Below, one piece after another: positions 1 through 8,229 of a DNA stretch of 58,275 nucleotides. The stretch comes from Solirubrobacterales bacterium. Its GTDB lineage: Bacteria; Actinomycetota; Thermoleophilia; Solirubrobacterales; 70-9. The translations under genes and the position numbers were made by a program. Each line of letters starts with the position of its first letter. The stretch's first letter is position 1. The notes below the pieces were generated by a model, which saw only the letters and a program-made list of their open reading frames with translations, was not told the DNA's origin and did not search any database. The stretch lies in the NCBI GenBank assembly GCA_036276995.1, contig DASUNU010000088.1, forward strand, positions 1-58,275, in the 5' to 3' direction.

Positions 1-76
1 TCCCCAGGCGAATAGCCCAGCGAAGGTAGGAGGATGCCCCGCCCTCCCAACCGCCCGAGGTCAGCGAGAAACGCCG

Positions 77-1624
77 CTAGCCTTCCCCACCCAGTTTGAA
101 CGCCACGATCTGCGCTTCCTGCCCTTCCGCCAACGGCAACCCCGCCGGCGCGATCAGGTATTCGCCGTTCGCCATCGCGCCCACGTTGGTCCCGGCCGGC
201 AGGCTCGCCTGCCAGATTTCGCCGCCGCTGTTCTTGTCGAGCGCGGTGACGATGCCTTCCGAGGTGGTCGCGAAGACGAGGTCGTTGACCACGGTCGGCG
301 CCCCGTAGGCCGGCGCCGCCAGTTCCTTTTTCCATTTGAACTTGCCGGTGGCGGCGTCGAGCGCGACGACTTCGCCGGTGGCGGCGCTGGATTCGCTGAT
401 TTCCGAGCCCGAGACCAGGGTCATCGAGTGGTTGACGATCGGCACATAGAGGGTCGAGCCGTCGCTGGCCAACGGCGCGATGATGCCGCCGAGCGCGCCG
501 GGGAAGACCTCGCCGAGCTTGATCTTCGAGTATTCGCCCCGCATCGCGTAGAGGCCATCGTTGTCGTGGCCGTTGTGCCGGCCGACCAGCTGCTTCCAGA
601 CCGGCTTGCCGGTCTTGGCATCGAGGGCGACGACGATTCCCGACTTGCCGGAGCCGATCGCCAGTTCCTTGCCGCCGGCGTTGAGCAGGACCGGCGGATT
701 CTGGAAGTCCCAGTCATAGATGTTGTGCGGGGTCTGCTGGTAGTGCCAGTCTTTCTTGCCGGTCTCCTCGTCGAGCTTGACCACCGAATCGGCGTAGAGA
801 TTGGGGCCGGGGCGGCTCGAGGCCCAGGGGAATTTGGCGTCGCCGGGCAGCGGGCCCGGGTTGCCGACGGCGATGTAGACGGAGCCCTTGCCGTCGAAGG
901 AGGGCGGGTACCAGAGGCCGCCGCCGGAGTTGATTTTCGGATTGCCCCAAAGCGTTTTCGGCACGGTGTCGAAGTGCCAGAGTTTTTTGCCGGTTTTGCC
1001 GTCGAGCGCCCAGAAGACGCCGACCGCGCCGCCGCCGTAGGTTTCGCTGGCGGTCACCGGCACGGTCGAGATGAAGAGCTTGCCGCTGTTGTAGCCGGGG
1101 GCCATGTCGATGCTCTCGCTGCCGTTGCGGGTCAGCGGCACCGACCAGACCTCTTTGCCGGTTTCCTGGTCGAGCGCGAACGCTTCCGTCGCGGTGGCGC
1201 CGAAGACGTGGCCGTCGGCGACGACGACACCGTTGGGGCCGTGGCTGGGGTCGAGGTATTTCTTCGTCCACAGCACTTCGCCGCTGTCGAGCGCAATCGC
1301 CTGCACGTTCGATTCGAGGTCCTGGTTGTAGATCACCCCTTTGCTGATGATCGGGGTGGCGGCAAAGCTGCCGTAGGTCCCCTGCCCGATCGCCGGCAGC
1401 GCCCAGGCTTCTTCCAGGGTCGAGACGTTGGAGCTGTCGATCGGTCCGCTGACCTGGCGCGTGTTGGCGAGGTCGACGCCGGGGTGGCCGGAGCCGGTGA
1501 ACTCGAGCTCTTCGCCCGAAGAAGAGGACCCACCGGCCAGCAGCACCACCGCCCCGACCACGATCAGGAGCACGACGACACCCGCGGCGGCCCAGGCGGC
1601 CTTCGGAACTTTCTCGAGACTCAC
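77..1624 (-). CDS. Membrane-anchored PQQ-like beta-propeller repeat protein (quinoprotein/BamB-like fold)
   Basis: 515-aa ORF. GTG start at 1624 preceded by AGGGAGGA. N-terminal hydrophobic anchor (AAGVVVLLIVVGAVVLLAG), then recurring blade motifs ALDSGEVLW, ALDQETGKEVW, ALDGKTGKKLW, KLDEETGKKDW, ALDAKTGKPVW, ALDAATGKFKW, ALDKNSGGEIW. Confidence 0.75.
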   Translation of the reverse strand: MSLEKVPKAAWAAAGVVVLLIVVGAVVLLAGGSSSSGEELEFTGSGHPGVDLANTRQVSGPIDSSNVSTLEEAWALPAIGQGTYGSFAATPIISKGVIYNQDLESNVQAIALDSGEVLWTKKYLDPSHGPNGVVVADGHVFGATATEAFALDQETGKEVWSVPLTRNGSESIDMAPGYNSGKLFISTVPVTASETYGGGAVGVFWALDGKTGKKLWHFDTVPKTLWGNPKINSGGGLWYPPSFDGKGSVYIAVGNPGPLPGDAKFPWASSRPGPNLYADSVVKLDEETGKKDWHYQQTPHNIYDWDFQNPPVLLNAGGKELAIGSGKSGIVVALDAKTGKPVWKQLVGRHNGHDNDGLYAMRGEYSKIKLGEVFPGALGGIIAPLASDGSTLYVPIVNHSMTLVSGSEISESSAATGEVVALDAATGKFKWKKELAAPAYGAPTVVNDLVFATTSEGIVTALDKNSGGEIWQASLPAGTNVGAMANGEYLIAPAGLPLAEGQEAQIVAFKLGGEG

Positions 1625-1657
1625 GTCAACGTCCTCCCTGCTCGTAATGACAAAGGA

Positions 1658-3004
1658 TTACTCGAACAATAAGCTTTTATATTTCAAATTCTCCGCCCCG
1701 GCAAGCCCTTCGGGGCCAACGCGTTCCAGCAAAAGTGGCTGCAAAACGCGGTTGGCAAGGAGACCGAGAGCGCCCAGGTTGGCGAAGCCGGGTCCCTGCC
1801 TGAGCCCGGCCAGGCCGGGGATCTGGAGCCGCGGGTGCAGGCCCTCGAGCTCGAGGAAGCGGCCGATCGGGACCTCGGTGCCACGCGGGCGGTCCCAGAG
1901 ATCGCCGACCTGGCGTTCGATCTCGGCCCGCAGCTCGGCCGGGAAGAGCTCGCGCAACTGCGTCAGCAGGTCGAAGCCGGTGCAGTTGACAACCCACTCG
2001 TGTTCGCCGGCGTCGGGACCACCCGGCGCCTCGTACTGCATCCGCACCAGCTCGCCCTCCCCCGCGCCGACGTCGGTGACGCGGCCGGTGAGGAAGCGGA
2101 CGCGGTCGTCGTAGGCGATCGCCGCCAGGCTCGGCGGGTCGAAGACGCCGCGGTCGGAGTGCTTGACGAAGTCGCGCCGCGTCTGCAGGTCGAGGTCGGA
2201 CCACTGGATCTCGTCCGGGTTGGAGAAAACGCGGTTCTCGAGGAAGCTCTCGCCGCGGCTCATCGGCAGCATCGGCGTGTAGACCGTGAAGCGGGCCTGC
2301 GGCTTGAAGTTGCGCAGGAACATCACGCAGCTGAGCGCGCTCTCGCCGCCGCCGGCGATGCCGATGTCGCAGGGGCCGTCAGGGAGGCGGGCGAACTCGC
2401 TGCGCCTACTGTCGCAGTGGAAGAGGCGGTCGGCGACCTCGGGCTCGTGCGGGAAGGCGTTGTGGATGCCCGGGCCGGTCAGCACCAGGGCGCCGCCGGA
2501 GTAGCGCTCGCTCCCCCCGGCCACCGCGACCTCGACCTGCCAGCCCGGCTCGCCCTCGCGCAGCTCGATCCGCTCGACTCGGCCGGCGACGTGCTCGACC
2601 CCGGTCGTCGCGCGCGAGAAGACCCAGGTCAGGTACTCGCCGTAGTCGCGGTGGCGGACCGAGGGCGAGCCGGCGTCGATCCAGCGGGCGTAGCGGCGCT
2701 TGCTGATCATGTACTGCTGCCAGGAGAAGGAGAGCGTGCCGGCGTCGACCGCCTCGCCCGCCTCGCCGAACTCGTAGTGGCTCTGGTACGGGAAGCCGAT
2801 GTCCTTGATCGGGGTCACCGCCAGCGGCTCCTCGCCCGAGGTCATCCCGTTGAGGCCGAGCCAGGAGGCGGCGCGCTCGGTGCCCTCGACGATGCGCAGG
2901 CTGAACGGCCCGAGGCCGAGCTCGTTGAGCACGTGGACCTTGGTCGCGATCCCGGCCGCCTTGGCGCCGGCGCCGACGATGAGCAGGTCGGTGGCGGCTA
3001 CCAC
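1658..3004 (-). CDS. FAD/NAD(P)-binding flavoprotein monooxygenase-like enzyme (two dinucleotide-binding motifs; possibly N-hydroxylating class)
   Basis: 448-aa ORF. GTG start at 3004 overlaps the P450 stop by 7 nt. N-terminal DLLIVGAGAKAAG (GxGxxG/A), second motif DIGIAGGGESALS, and VVNCTGF near the C-terminus. Exact subfamily not resolvable by eye. Confidence 0.65.
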   Translation of the reverse strand: MVAATDLLIVGAGAKAAGIATKVHVLNELGLGPFSLRIVEGTERAASWLGLNGMTSGEEPLAVTPIKDIGFPYQSHYEFGEAGEAVDAGTLSFSWQQYMISKRRYARWIDAGSPSVRHRDYGEYLTWVFSRATTGVEHVAGRVERIELREGEPGWQVEVAVAGGSERYSGGALVLTGPGIHNAFPHEPEVADRLFHCDSRRSEFARLPDGPCDIGIAGGGESALSCVMFLRNFKPQARFTVYTPMLPMSRGESFLENRVFSNPDEIQWSDLDLQTRRDFVKHSDRGVFDPPSLAAIAYDDRVRFLTGRVTDVGAGEGELVRMQYEAPGGPDAGEHEWVVNCTGFDLLTQLRELFPAELRAEIERQVGDLWDRPRGTEVPIGRFLELEGLHPRLQIPGLAGLRQGPGFANLGALGLLANRVLQPLLLERVGPEGLAGAENLKYKSLLFE

Positions 3005-4338
3005 GGCTCGGCGATCACCAGTCCGCGGCGGTCGGGGCTGAAGGAGATCGCGCTTTTGCGCATCCGCTCCGAGCGGGTCTCGACCGGCCGCAGGTCGACC
3101 TCGCTGAAGACCGTGCGCAGGACCCGCTTCATCTCCAGTTCGGCGTAGCTGGCGGCGAGGCAGCGGCGGGTGCCGCCGCCGAAGGGGATCCAGGTGTAGG
3201 TACCGGGCTGGCGACCGACGAAGCGCTCCGGGAGGAAGCGCTTGGCCTGCGGGTAGTACTTCTCGTCGCGGTGGATCACGTGGATGCAGGGCGCGACCGT
3301 GGTCCCGGCCGGCAGCTCGTAGCCGCCCAGCTCCATCGGCTCGAGCAGCTGGCGGACGACAACCGGAACCGGCGGGCAGAGCCGCAGCGTCTCCTTGATC
3401 ACCGCGTCGAGGTAGGTGCCGTCGCCACTGCGCACGTCCTCGCGGGCGAGCTCCATTTTGTCCGGGTTGCGCAGCAGCCGCTCGAAGGTCCAGGCCAGCG
3501 AGGTCGAGGTCGGGCCGTCGGTGAGCAGGGTCAGCAGTTCGTCGCGCAGGTCCTGCTCGCTCATCGGGGTGCCGTCCTCGTAGCGGGCCTCGACCAGCAT
3601 CGAGACCACGTCCTGGCGCACCTCACCCTCGGCGCGGCGGCGGCGCACCTCCTCCATCACCGCGTCCTCGACCGGTTCCATCGCCCGCCGGAACTGGCGG
3701 CTGCGGACGATCCAGGCCGGGCCGAAGGTCGCCAGCAGGGTCAGGTTGCGGGGCTCGTTCATCCACACGGTCAGCTTGCGCAGCAGTTCGCGCAGGCGCC
3801 CGAGCCGGTCCTGGGCATCGGGGCCGAAGACGGCCCGCATCACCACCTCCTGGGTGATCTCCTGCATCCGCGGCCAGAGCGGGAACGGCTCGCCGACCGG
3901 CCAGCGGGCGACTTCCCGCCGCGCCACCTCGGCCATCATCTCGCCGTCGGTTTCGATGCTCTTGCCGTGGAAGGCGGGCAGCATCAGCTTGCGCCGGGTC
4001 ATGTGTTCCGGTTCTTCCAGCAGCATCACCGAGCGCGGGCCTAGCACCGGGCCGAGCATCGGGTTGGCGACGTCGACCCCGACCGCGGAGCCGGCGGTGA
4101 AGACCTTTTTGACGTCTTCGGGGTCGCAGAGCAGGACCCAGTCGCCCCAGTGCAGGATGCGCAGGGTGAAGGTGTCGCCGTGGCGGCGCTGGCACTGTTC
4201 GAGCCAGGGCAGCGGCCGCTGGGTCCAGCCGACCGCCTGCAGCGCCCGCGGCAGCCGCGGGCCCGGCGGCAGGCCGGGGCGGCGCGGCAGCCTGGCGGCG
4301 GCGCGGTGGAAGGTCGGGCGGGTGGCGTGGGAGCTCAT
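2998..4338 (-). CDS. Cytochrome P450
   Basis: 446-aa ORF. Heme-thiolate loop FGGGTRRCLAASYA (FxxGxRxCxG), ExxR (ETLR) and an I-helix-like LLTDGPTST. ATG at 4338 forms an ATGA overlap with the upstream stop. Confidence 0.9.
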   Translation of the reverse strand: MSSHATRPTFHRAAARLPRRPGLPPGPRLPRALQAVGWTQRPLPWLEQCQRRHGDTFTLRILHWGDWVLLCDPEDVKKVFTAGSAVGVDVANPMLGPVLGPRSVMLLEEPEHMTRRKLMLPAFHGKSIETDGEMMAEVARREVARWPVGEPFPLWPRMQEITQEVVMRAVFGPDAQDRLGRLRELLRKLTVWMNEPRNLTLLATFGPAWIVRSRQFRRAMEPVEDAVMEEVRRRRAEGEVRQDVVSMLVEARYEDGTPMSEQDLRDELLTLLTDGPTSTSLAWTFERLLRNPDKMELAREDVRSGDGTYLDAVIKETLRLCPPVPVVVRQLLEPMELGGYELPAGTTVAPCIHVIHRDEKYYPQAKRFLPERFVGRQPGTYTWIPFGGGTRRCLAASYAELEMKRVLRTVFSEVDLRPVETRSERMRKSAISFSPDRRGLVIAEPW

Positions 4339-4652
4339 GCCGCCTCGCCCCCGGGCCCGGCGCCGGCCGCTACCCGCGCCATCAGCTCGTCCTCCTCCTT
4401 GCAGGTCGCCGCGATCAGGAGATCGAAGAGGTCGCCGGTGAAGGCGGCCGGCAGGTCGGCCTCGGCGCCGCGGGCGAGGTAGCGGGCGCGCACCTCCTCG
4501 ACCCGGTTCGGCTGCATCATCGGGATCGCGTGGGCGCTCTTGTAGAGCGCCACTTCGCGGCAGATCTCGAAGCGCTCGCCGAGCAGGCGGGCGATCTCGT
4601 CGTCGATCAGGTCGAGGCGGCGGCGGAAGGGCTCGAGCCCGTTCTCGTTCAT
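4335..4652 (-). CDS. AroQ-class chorismate mutase-like protein (candidate 4-amino-4-deoxychorismate mutase)
   Basis: Only the last 105 aa of the 473-aa track ORF look real (MNENGLEPFRRRLDLIDDEIARLLGERFEICREVALYK...); the rest is Arg/Gly/Pro-rich junk. ATG at 4652 sits in tcat (4649-4652), an ATGA overlap with the upstream gene. Confidence 0.8.
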   Translation of the reverse strand: MNENGLEPFRRRLDLIDDEIARLLGERFEICREVALYKSAHAIPMMQPNRVEEVRARYLARGAEADLPAAFTGDLFDLLIAATCKEEDELMARVAAGAGPGGEAA

Positions 4653-5611
4653 GCCCCCTCCTCCCCCAGCAGCCCTGTGGCGAAGGCGTGGCTGCACTCG
4701 GCCAGAACCGCGAGCGAGTAGCCGCCCTCCTGGATCACGCAGACCGGCCGCTCGGCCTGGGCCAGCAGGCGGCCGACGTCGGCGAAGATCGCCGGCTCGA
4801 AGTTCCAGGAGCCGTGCGGGTCGCCGGCCACGGTGTCGTAGCCGAGCGAGACGACCAGGGCGGCGGCGTCGCCGGCCAGGGCCGCGATCGAGGCGGCAAC
4901 CTCGGCCAGGTAAGCGTCGGCGTCGGGGGCCTCGCCAAAGGCGAGGGCGCGTTCGCCCGCGGCCTGCGGCAGGACGGTGCCGGCGGCGACGTTGGTCACC
5001 GGCGAGGCGTGCAGCGAGTGCAGGGTCGCGGCCTCGATCCGCTCGACCAGGGCGGCGGTGCCGTTCGGGTAGTGGAGGTCGAGGTCGAGCACGCCGACCG
5101 GGGCGACCCCGGCCTCGGCCAGGGTCCAGACCGCGGCGGCGGCGTTGTTGAGGTAGCAGTAGCCGCCGAGGAAGTCGGGGCCGGCGTGGTGTCCGGGCGG
5201 GCGGCAGACCGCGTAGGTGAAGCGGGCACCGTCCACGAGCCGCGCGGCCGCGGTGATCGCCGTCCGCACGCCCTCGTGGGCGGCGGCGACGAGGCCGGCG
5301 TCGACCGGGATGTCGGGCTCCAGCCCGGGCGGCGCGAACTCGGCCAGCACCACCGGCCCGGGTTCGGCCTTGGCCCGGCGCAGCGCTTCCAGGTAGGCCG
5401 GCGCATGCATCGCGCCCAGGGTGCGCTCCAGCGCCTCGTCGCCGGCGTCGGCGGCGATCGCCCGCACCCGCTCGTGGCGGACCAGCCCCGCCCGCAGCTC
5501 GTCGAGCCGGCGGTTGCTGTCCTGGCCGGGGATCGTCTGCCCGCCTTCGCGGATCCAGTGGGCGGCGTCGTTGCGGCCGCGCCGCTGCTCGACCATCAGC
5601 AGCTCGCTCAT
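4649..5611 (-). CDS. Histone deacetylase-family (arginase-fold) deacetylase / acetylpolyamine amidohydrolase-like
   Basis: Motifs RPPGHHA, DLDLHYPNGT (variant of DxDxHHGNGT), GYDTVAGDPHG and QEGGY. Chosen start is MSELLMVEQ at 5611, an ATGA overlap with the GNAT stop. Confidence 0.8.
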   Translation of the reverse strand: MSELLMVEQRRGRNDAAHWIREGGQTIPGQDSNRRLDELRAGLVRHERVRAIAADAGDEALERTLGAMHAPAYLEALRRAKAEPGPVVLAEFAPPGLEPDIPVDAGLVAAAHEGVRTAITAAARLVDGARFTYAVCRPPGHHAGPDFLGGYCYLNNAAAAVWTLAEAGVAPVGVLDLDLHYPNGTAALVERIEAATLHSLHASPVTNVAAGTVLPQAAGERALAFGEAPDADAYLAEVAASIAALAGDAAALVVSLGYDTVAGDPHGSWNFEPAIFADVGRLLAQAERPVCVIQEGGYSLAVLAECSHAFATGLLGEEGA

Positions 5612-6075
5612 GACGAGAGCCGCCGCATCCGCGGCCCCAGGTGCTCGAACCCGTTGCGCTGGTAGAAGGCCTCGGTGGCACGGATCGCGTCGAACGTCTC
5701 CCGCGGCAAGCCGACCTCGATCCGCGCCACCCCCTGTGCCTGGCACAGGTCCGCAAGCTCGTCGACCAGGGCGGCGCCGACCCCGTCGCTGCGTCGCTCC
5801 GGGTCCACCCAGAGGTCCTGGATCGTCGCGTAGCGCCCCGGCACGTGCAGGGCGCGCTGCCAGCTTGCGCTGAGCACGCCGACGATCTCCCCCTCCGCCT
5901 CGGCGACCAGGGTCACCCCGATCGCGGGGTCGTCGAGCGCCTCCTCGATCTCCGCCTCCAGCTCCGCTCGCGCCGGCTTGCGCCCGCCGAGCTCTTCCAG
6001 CAGCCGCTCGACCGCGGCCGCGACCGCCGCCACGTCCCCGCGCGTCGCCCCTCTGACCGTGACCGTCCCGATCAT
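5608..6075 (-). CDS. GNAT-family N-acetyltransferase
   Basis: The 155-aa C-terminal part of track ORF 5608..7434 (MIGTVTVRGATRGD...) has a typical GNAT core: IVGVLSA, LWVDPERRSDGVGAALV (acetyl-CoA P-loop-like R-x-x-G-x-G/A) and FYQRNGFE. ATG at 6075 in tcat (6072-6075). Confidence 0.8.
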   Translation of the reverse strand: MIGTVTVRGATRGDVAAVAAAVERLLEELGGRKPARAELEAEIEEALDDPAIGVTLVAEAEGEIVGVLSASWQRALHVPGRYATIQDLWVDPERRSDGVGAALVDELADLCQAQGVARIEVGLPRETFDAIRATEAFYQRNGFEHLGPRMRRLSS

Positions 6076-8228
6076 GCCGCCTCGAAGGCCCTCGCTGCCG
6101 GCTCGAGCTCGACGCTCCAGGCGCCCGGATCGTCGCTGCCGGTGACGACGCGGGCGATCGCGGCCATCGGGGCGCGTGCCTTCAGCAGGGTCTCGTCGAA
6201 CTCGTCCTGCGGGTCGGACTGCATCACGATCGCCCCGCCGGCGCCGATCGTGGTCCGCCCCGGTCGCATCACGATCGTGCGGATCACGATGCTGAGGTCG
6301 GTGCTGCCGTCTAGACCGAAGTAGCCGATCGCGCCGGAGTAGACGCCGCGGGCCTCGTCCTCGAGCCCGTCGATGATCTCCATCGTGCGGATCTTCGGGG
6401 CGCCGGTCATCGAACCGCCGGGGAAGCAGGCGTGGACGCACTCGACCGCGCTGCGGCCCGGTTCGAGGTAGCCCTGGATCGTCGAGACCATCTGGTGCAC
6501 GGTCATGTAGGGCTCGATCACCATCAGCTCCGGCACGCTGACGCTCTCGAGGTCGCAGACCCGGCCGACGTCGTTGCGCAGCAGGTCGACGATCATCAGG
6601 TGCTCGGCCATCGTCTTTTCGTCGTCCTTGAGCTCGTCGCGGTGGGCGGCGTCGACGACCGGGTCCTCGTGACGGGAGATCGTGCCCTTGATCGGCCGCG
6701 CCTCGACCCGGCGGTCGCGATCGACCGAGAGGAAGCGCTCCGGCGAGGAGCTGACGATGACCCGGTCGCCGAACTTGAGGTAGGCGGCGAACGGGGACGG
6801 GTTGCTGTGCCTGAGGTGGCGGTAGAGGACGAAGGGGTCGGGAGCGGCCTCGGTCGAGAACTGGTCGGTGAGGCAGACCTCGTAGGACTCGCCGGCGGCC
6901 AGTTCGGCCTGGCTGGCGGCGATGTCGGCGAGGTAGCGCGCGCGGCCGCGGCCGCTGCGGAAGCTGACGTGCGGCTCGGGGTCCACCGGGTCGGGGGTCG
7001 GCACCGGCGCCGGCGGATCGGCGAGCGCCTCCTCGACCGCGGCGGCGGCCGTCTCCAGCCAGGCGTCGGCCTCGGCGTCGCCCTCGCGGCCAACCGCGCA
7101 GACGTAGGTGCGGCGGCGCACGTGGTCGACCGCGACCACCCGGTTGGCCAGCATCAGCAGCGCGTCCGGCATGTCGGAGCTGTGCACGTTGGGCGAGCCG
7201 CAGTCGGCCTTGAGCTCGTAGCCGAGGTAGCCGACGTAGCCGCCGATCAGGCCGCGGGCCAGCTGCGGCGGCGGCTCGACCGCGTGCTTGGCCAGTTCGC
7301 GGTCGAGCAGGTCGAAGATCGACTTGTGCTCGATCGTGTCGCGGCGGGCGCGCTTGATCGCGACCTCGCCGGCGTCGACGTCGTATTCGAGCAGGGCGCG
7401 ATCGCGGCCGGCGCTGGTGCCGAGGTAGGAGCACTGGGCGAGCCGGGTCGGGGCGTCGGCGCTGTCGAGCCAGAAGGCGTTCTCCTCCCCGCCGAAGAGC
7501 CGTTCGAAGAGCTGCTCGGTCGGGGCCTCGCCCTCGATCTCGCGCAGCCGCAGACGCATCGGCGCCTCCCGTTCCTCGGTCTCGGCCGGCGCGGGGGCGC
7601 TCGCGGGCGCGGCCCCGTTGCCGCGGCGGACCGGACGCGGCTTGCCGCGCAGCTCGGCGGCCAGCTCGTAGAAGTTTTCGGCGATCGCGCGGCCGTGCTC
7701 GGTGGCGATCGACTCGGGGTGGAACTGGACGCCCCAGATCGGGCGGGTTGTGTGTTCGACCCCCATCACCACGCCGTCGTCGGCCCAGGCGGTGACGTGC
7801 CCCTCCGGCCCGGGCGGGCCGGTGATCGCCAGCGAGTGGTAGCGGACCACCGAGAAGTCCTGCGGGATCCCTTTGAAGATCCCGGTGTCGGAGTGGCGCA
7901 CGTGGCTGAGCCGGCCGTGCATCGCCATCGGGGCGCTGTCGACGTGGCCGTCGAGCAGGTTGCCGATCCCCTGGTGGCCAAGGCAGATGCCGAAGACGGG
8001 GATCTCGCTGTAGCGGAGGATGTCGCGGCAGACGCCGAAGTCGTGCCAGCGTTCCGGCCGCCCCGGGCCCGGCGAGAGCACGAAGGCGTCGAAGTCCGAA
8101 CGCGAGAGCACCCGCCAGGAGACCGCGTCGTTGTTGACCACCACCGGCTCCTCGCCGGAGGCCGCCGCCAGCAGGTGGAAGACGTTGTAGGTGTAGGAGT
8201 CGTGGTTGTCGACCAGCAGCGTCCTCAT
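6072..8228 (-). CDS. pabAB: Fused aminodeoxychorismate synthase (glutamine amidotransferase N-terminal + chorismate-binding C-terminal, PabAB/PapA type)
   Basis: 718 aa. N-terminal class-I GATase (LVDNHDSYTYN, GICLGHQ, FHPES). C-terminal chorismate-utilising domain with PIKGT (the Lys typical of ADC synthase, not anthranilate synthase), GGSMTGAP and GAIGY. Confidence 0.85.
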   Translation of the reverse strand: MRTLLVDNHDSYTYNVFHLLAAASGEEPVVVNNDAVSWRVLSRSDFDAFVLSPGPGRPERWHDFGVCRDILRYSEIPVFGICLGHQGIGNLLDGHVDSAPMAMHGRLSHVRHSDTGIFKGIPQDFSVVRYHSLAITGPPGPEGHVTAWADDGVVMGVEHTTRPIWGVQFHPESIATEHGRAIAENFYELAAELRGKPRPVRRGNGAAPASAPAPAETEEREAPMRLRLREIEGEAPTEQLFERLFGGEENAFWLDSADAPTRLAQCSYLGTSAGRDRALLEYDVDAGEVAIKRARRDTIEHKSIFDLLDRELAKHAVEPPPQLARGLIGGYVGYLGYELKADCGSPNVHSSDMPDALLMLANRVVAVDHVRRRTYVCAVGREGDAEADAWLETAAAAVEEALADPPAPVPTPDPVDPEPHVSFRSGRGRARYLADIAASQAELAAGESYEVCLTDQFSTEAAPDPFVLYRHLRHSNPSPFAAYLKFGDRVIVSSSPERFLSVDRDRRVEARPIKGTISRHEDPVVDAAHRDELKDDEKTMAEHLMIVDLLRNDVGRVCDLESVSVPELMVIEPYMTVHQMVSTIQGYLEPGRSAVECVHACFPGGSMTGAPKIRTMEIIDGLEDEARGVYSGAIGYFGLDGSTDLSIVIRTIVMRPGRTTIGAGGAIVMQSDPQDEFDETLLKARAPMAAIARVVTGSDDPGAWSVELEPAARAFEAA

Positions 8229-8229
8229 C

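Noticed and set aside
428-1672. 414-aa plus-strand ORF antisense to the PQQ-propeller gene. Similar long alternative-frame ORFs include 1835..3148, 3271..4044, 6432..8729, 8206..9849, 11747..12970, 13288..15369, 19353..21656, 26504..27925, 39911..41365, 41670..43124, 47179..49269 and 54480..56459.
   Set aside because: Their translations are Arg/Gly/Pro/Ala-rich low-complexity strings with no motifs. Each lies opposite or out of frame to an ORF with clear family signatures. This is the typical stop-codon-poor artefact of roughly 70% GC DNA.
4653-5756. Long N-terminal part of track ORF 4335..5756, and the similar upstream parts of 5608..7434, 52352..54325 and 13944..15599.
   Set aside because: Only the C-terminal segments show real family features (chorismate mutase, GNAT, TIM barrel, GT1). 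Each real start coincides with an ATGA/GTGA overlap with the upstream gene. The remaining residues are poly-Arg/Pro junk overlapping genuine genes in another frame.
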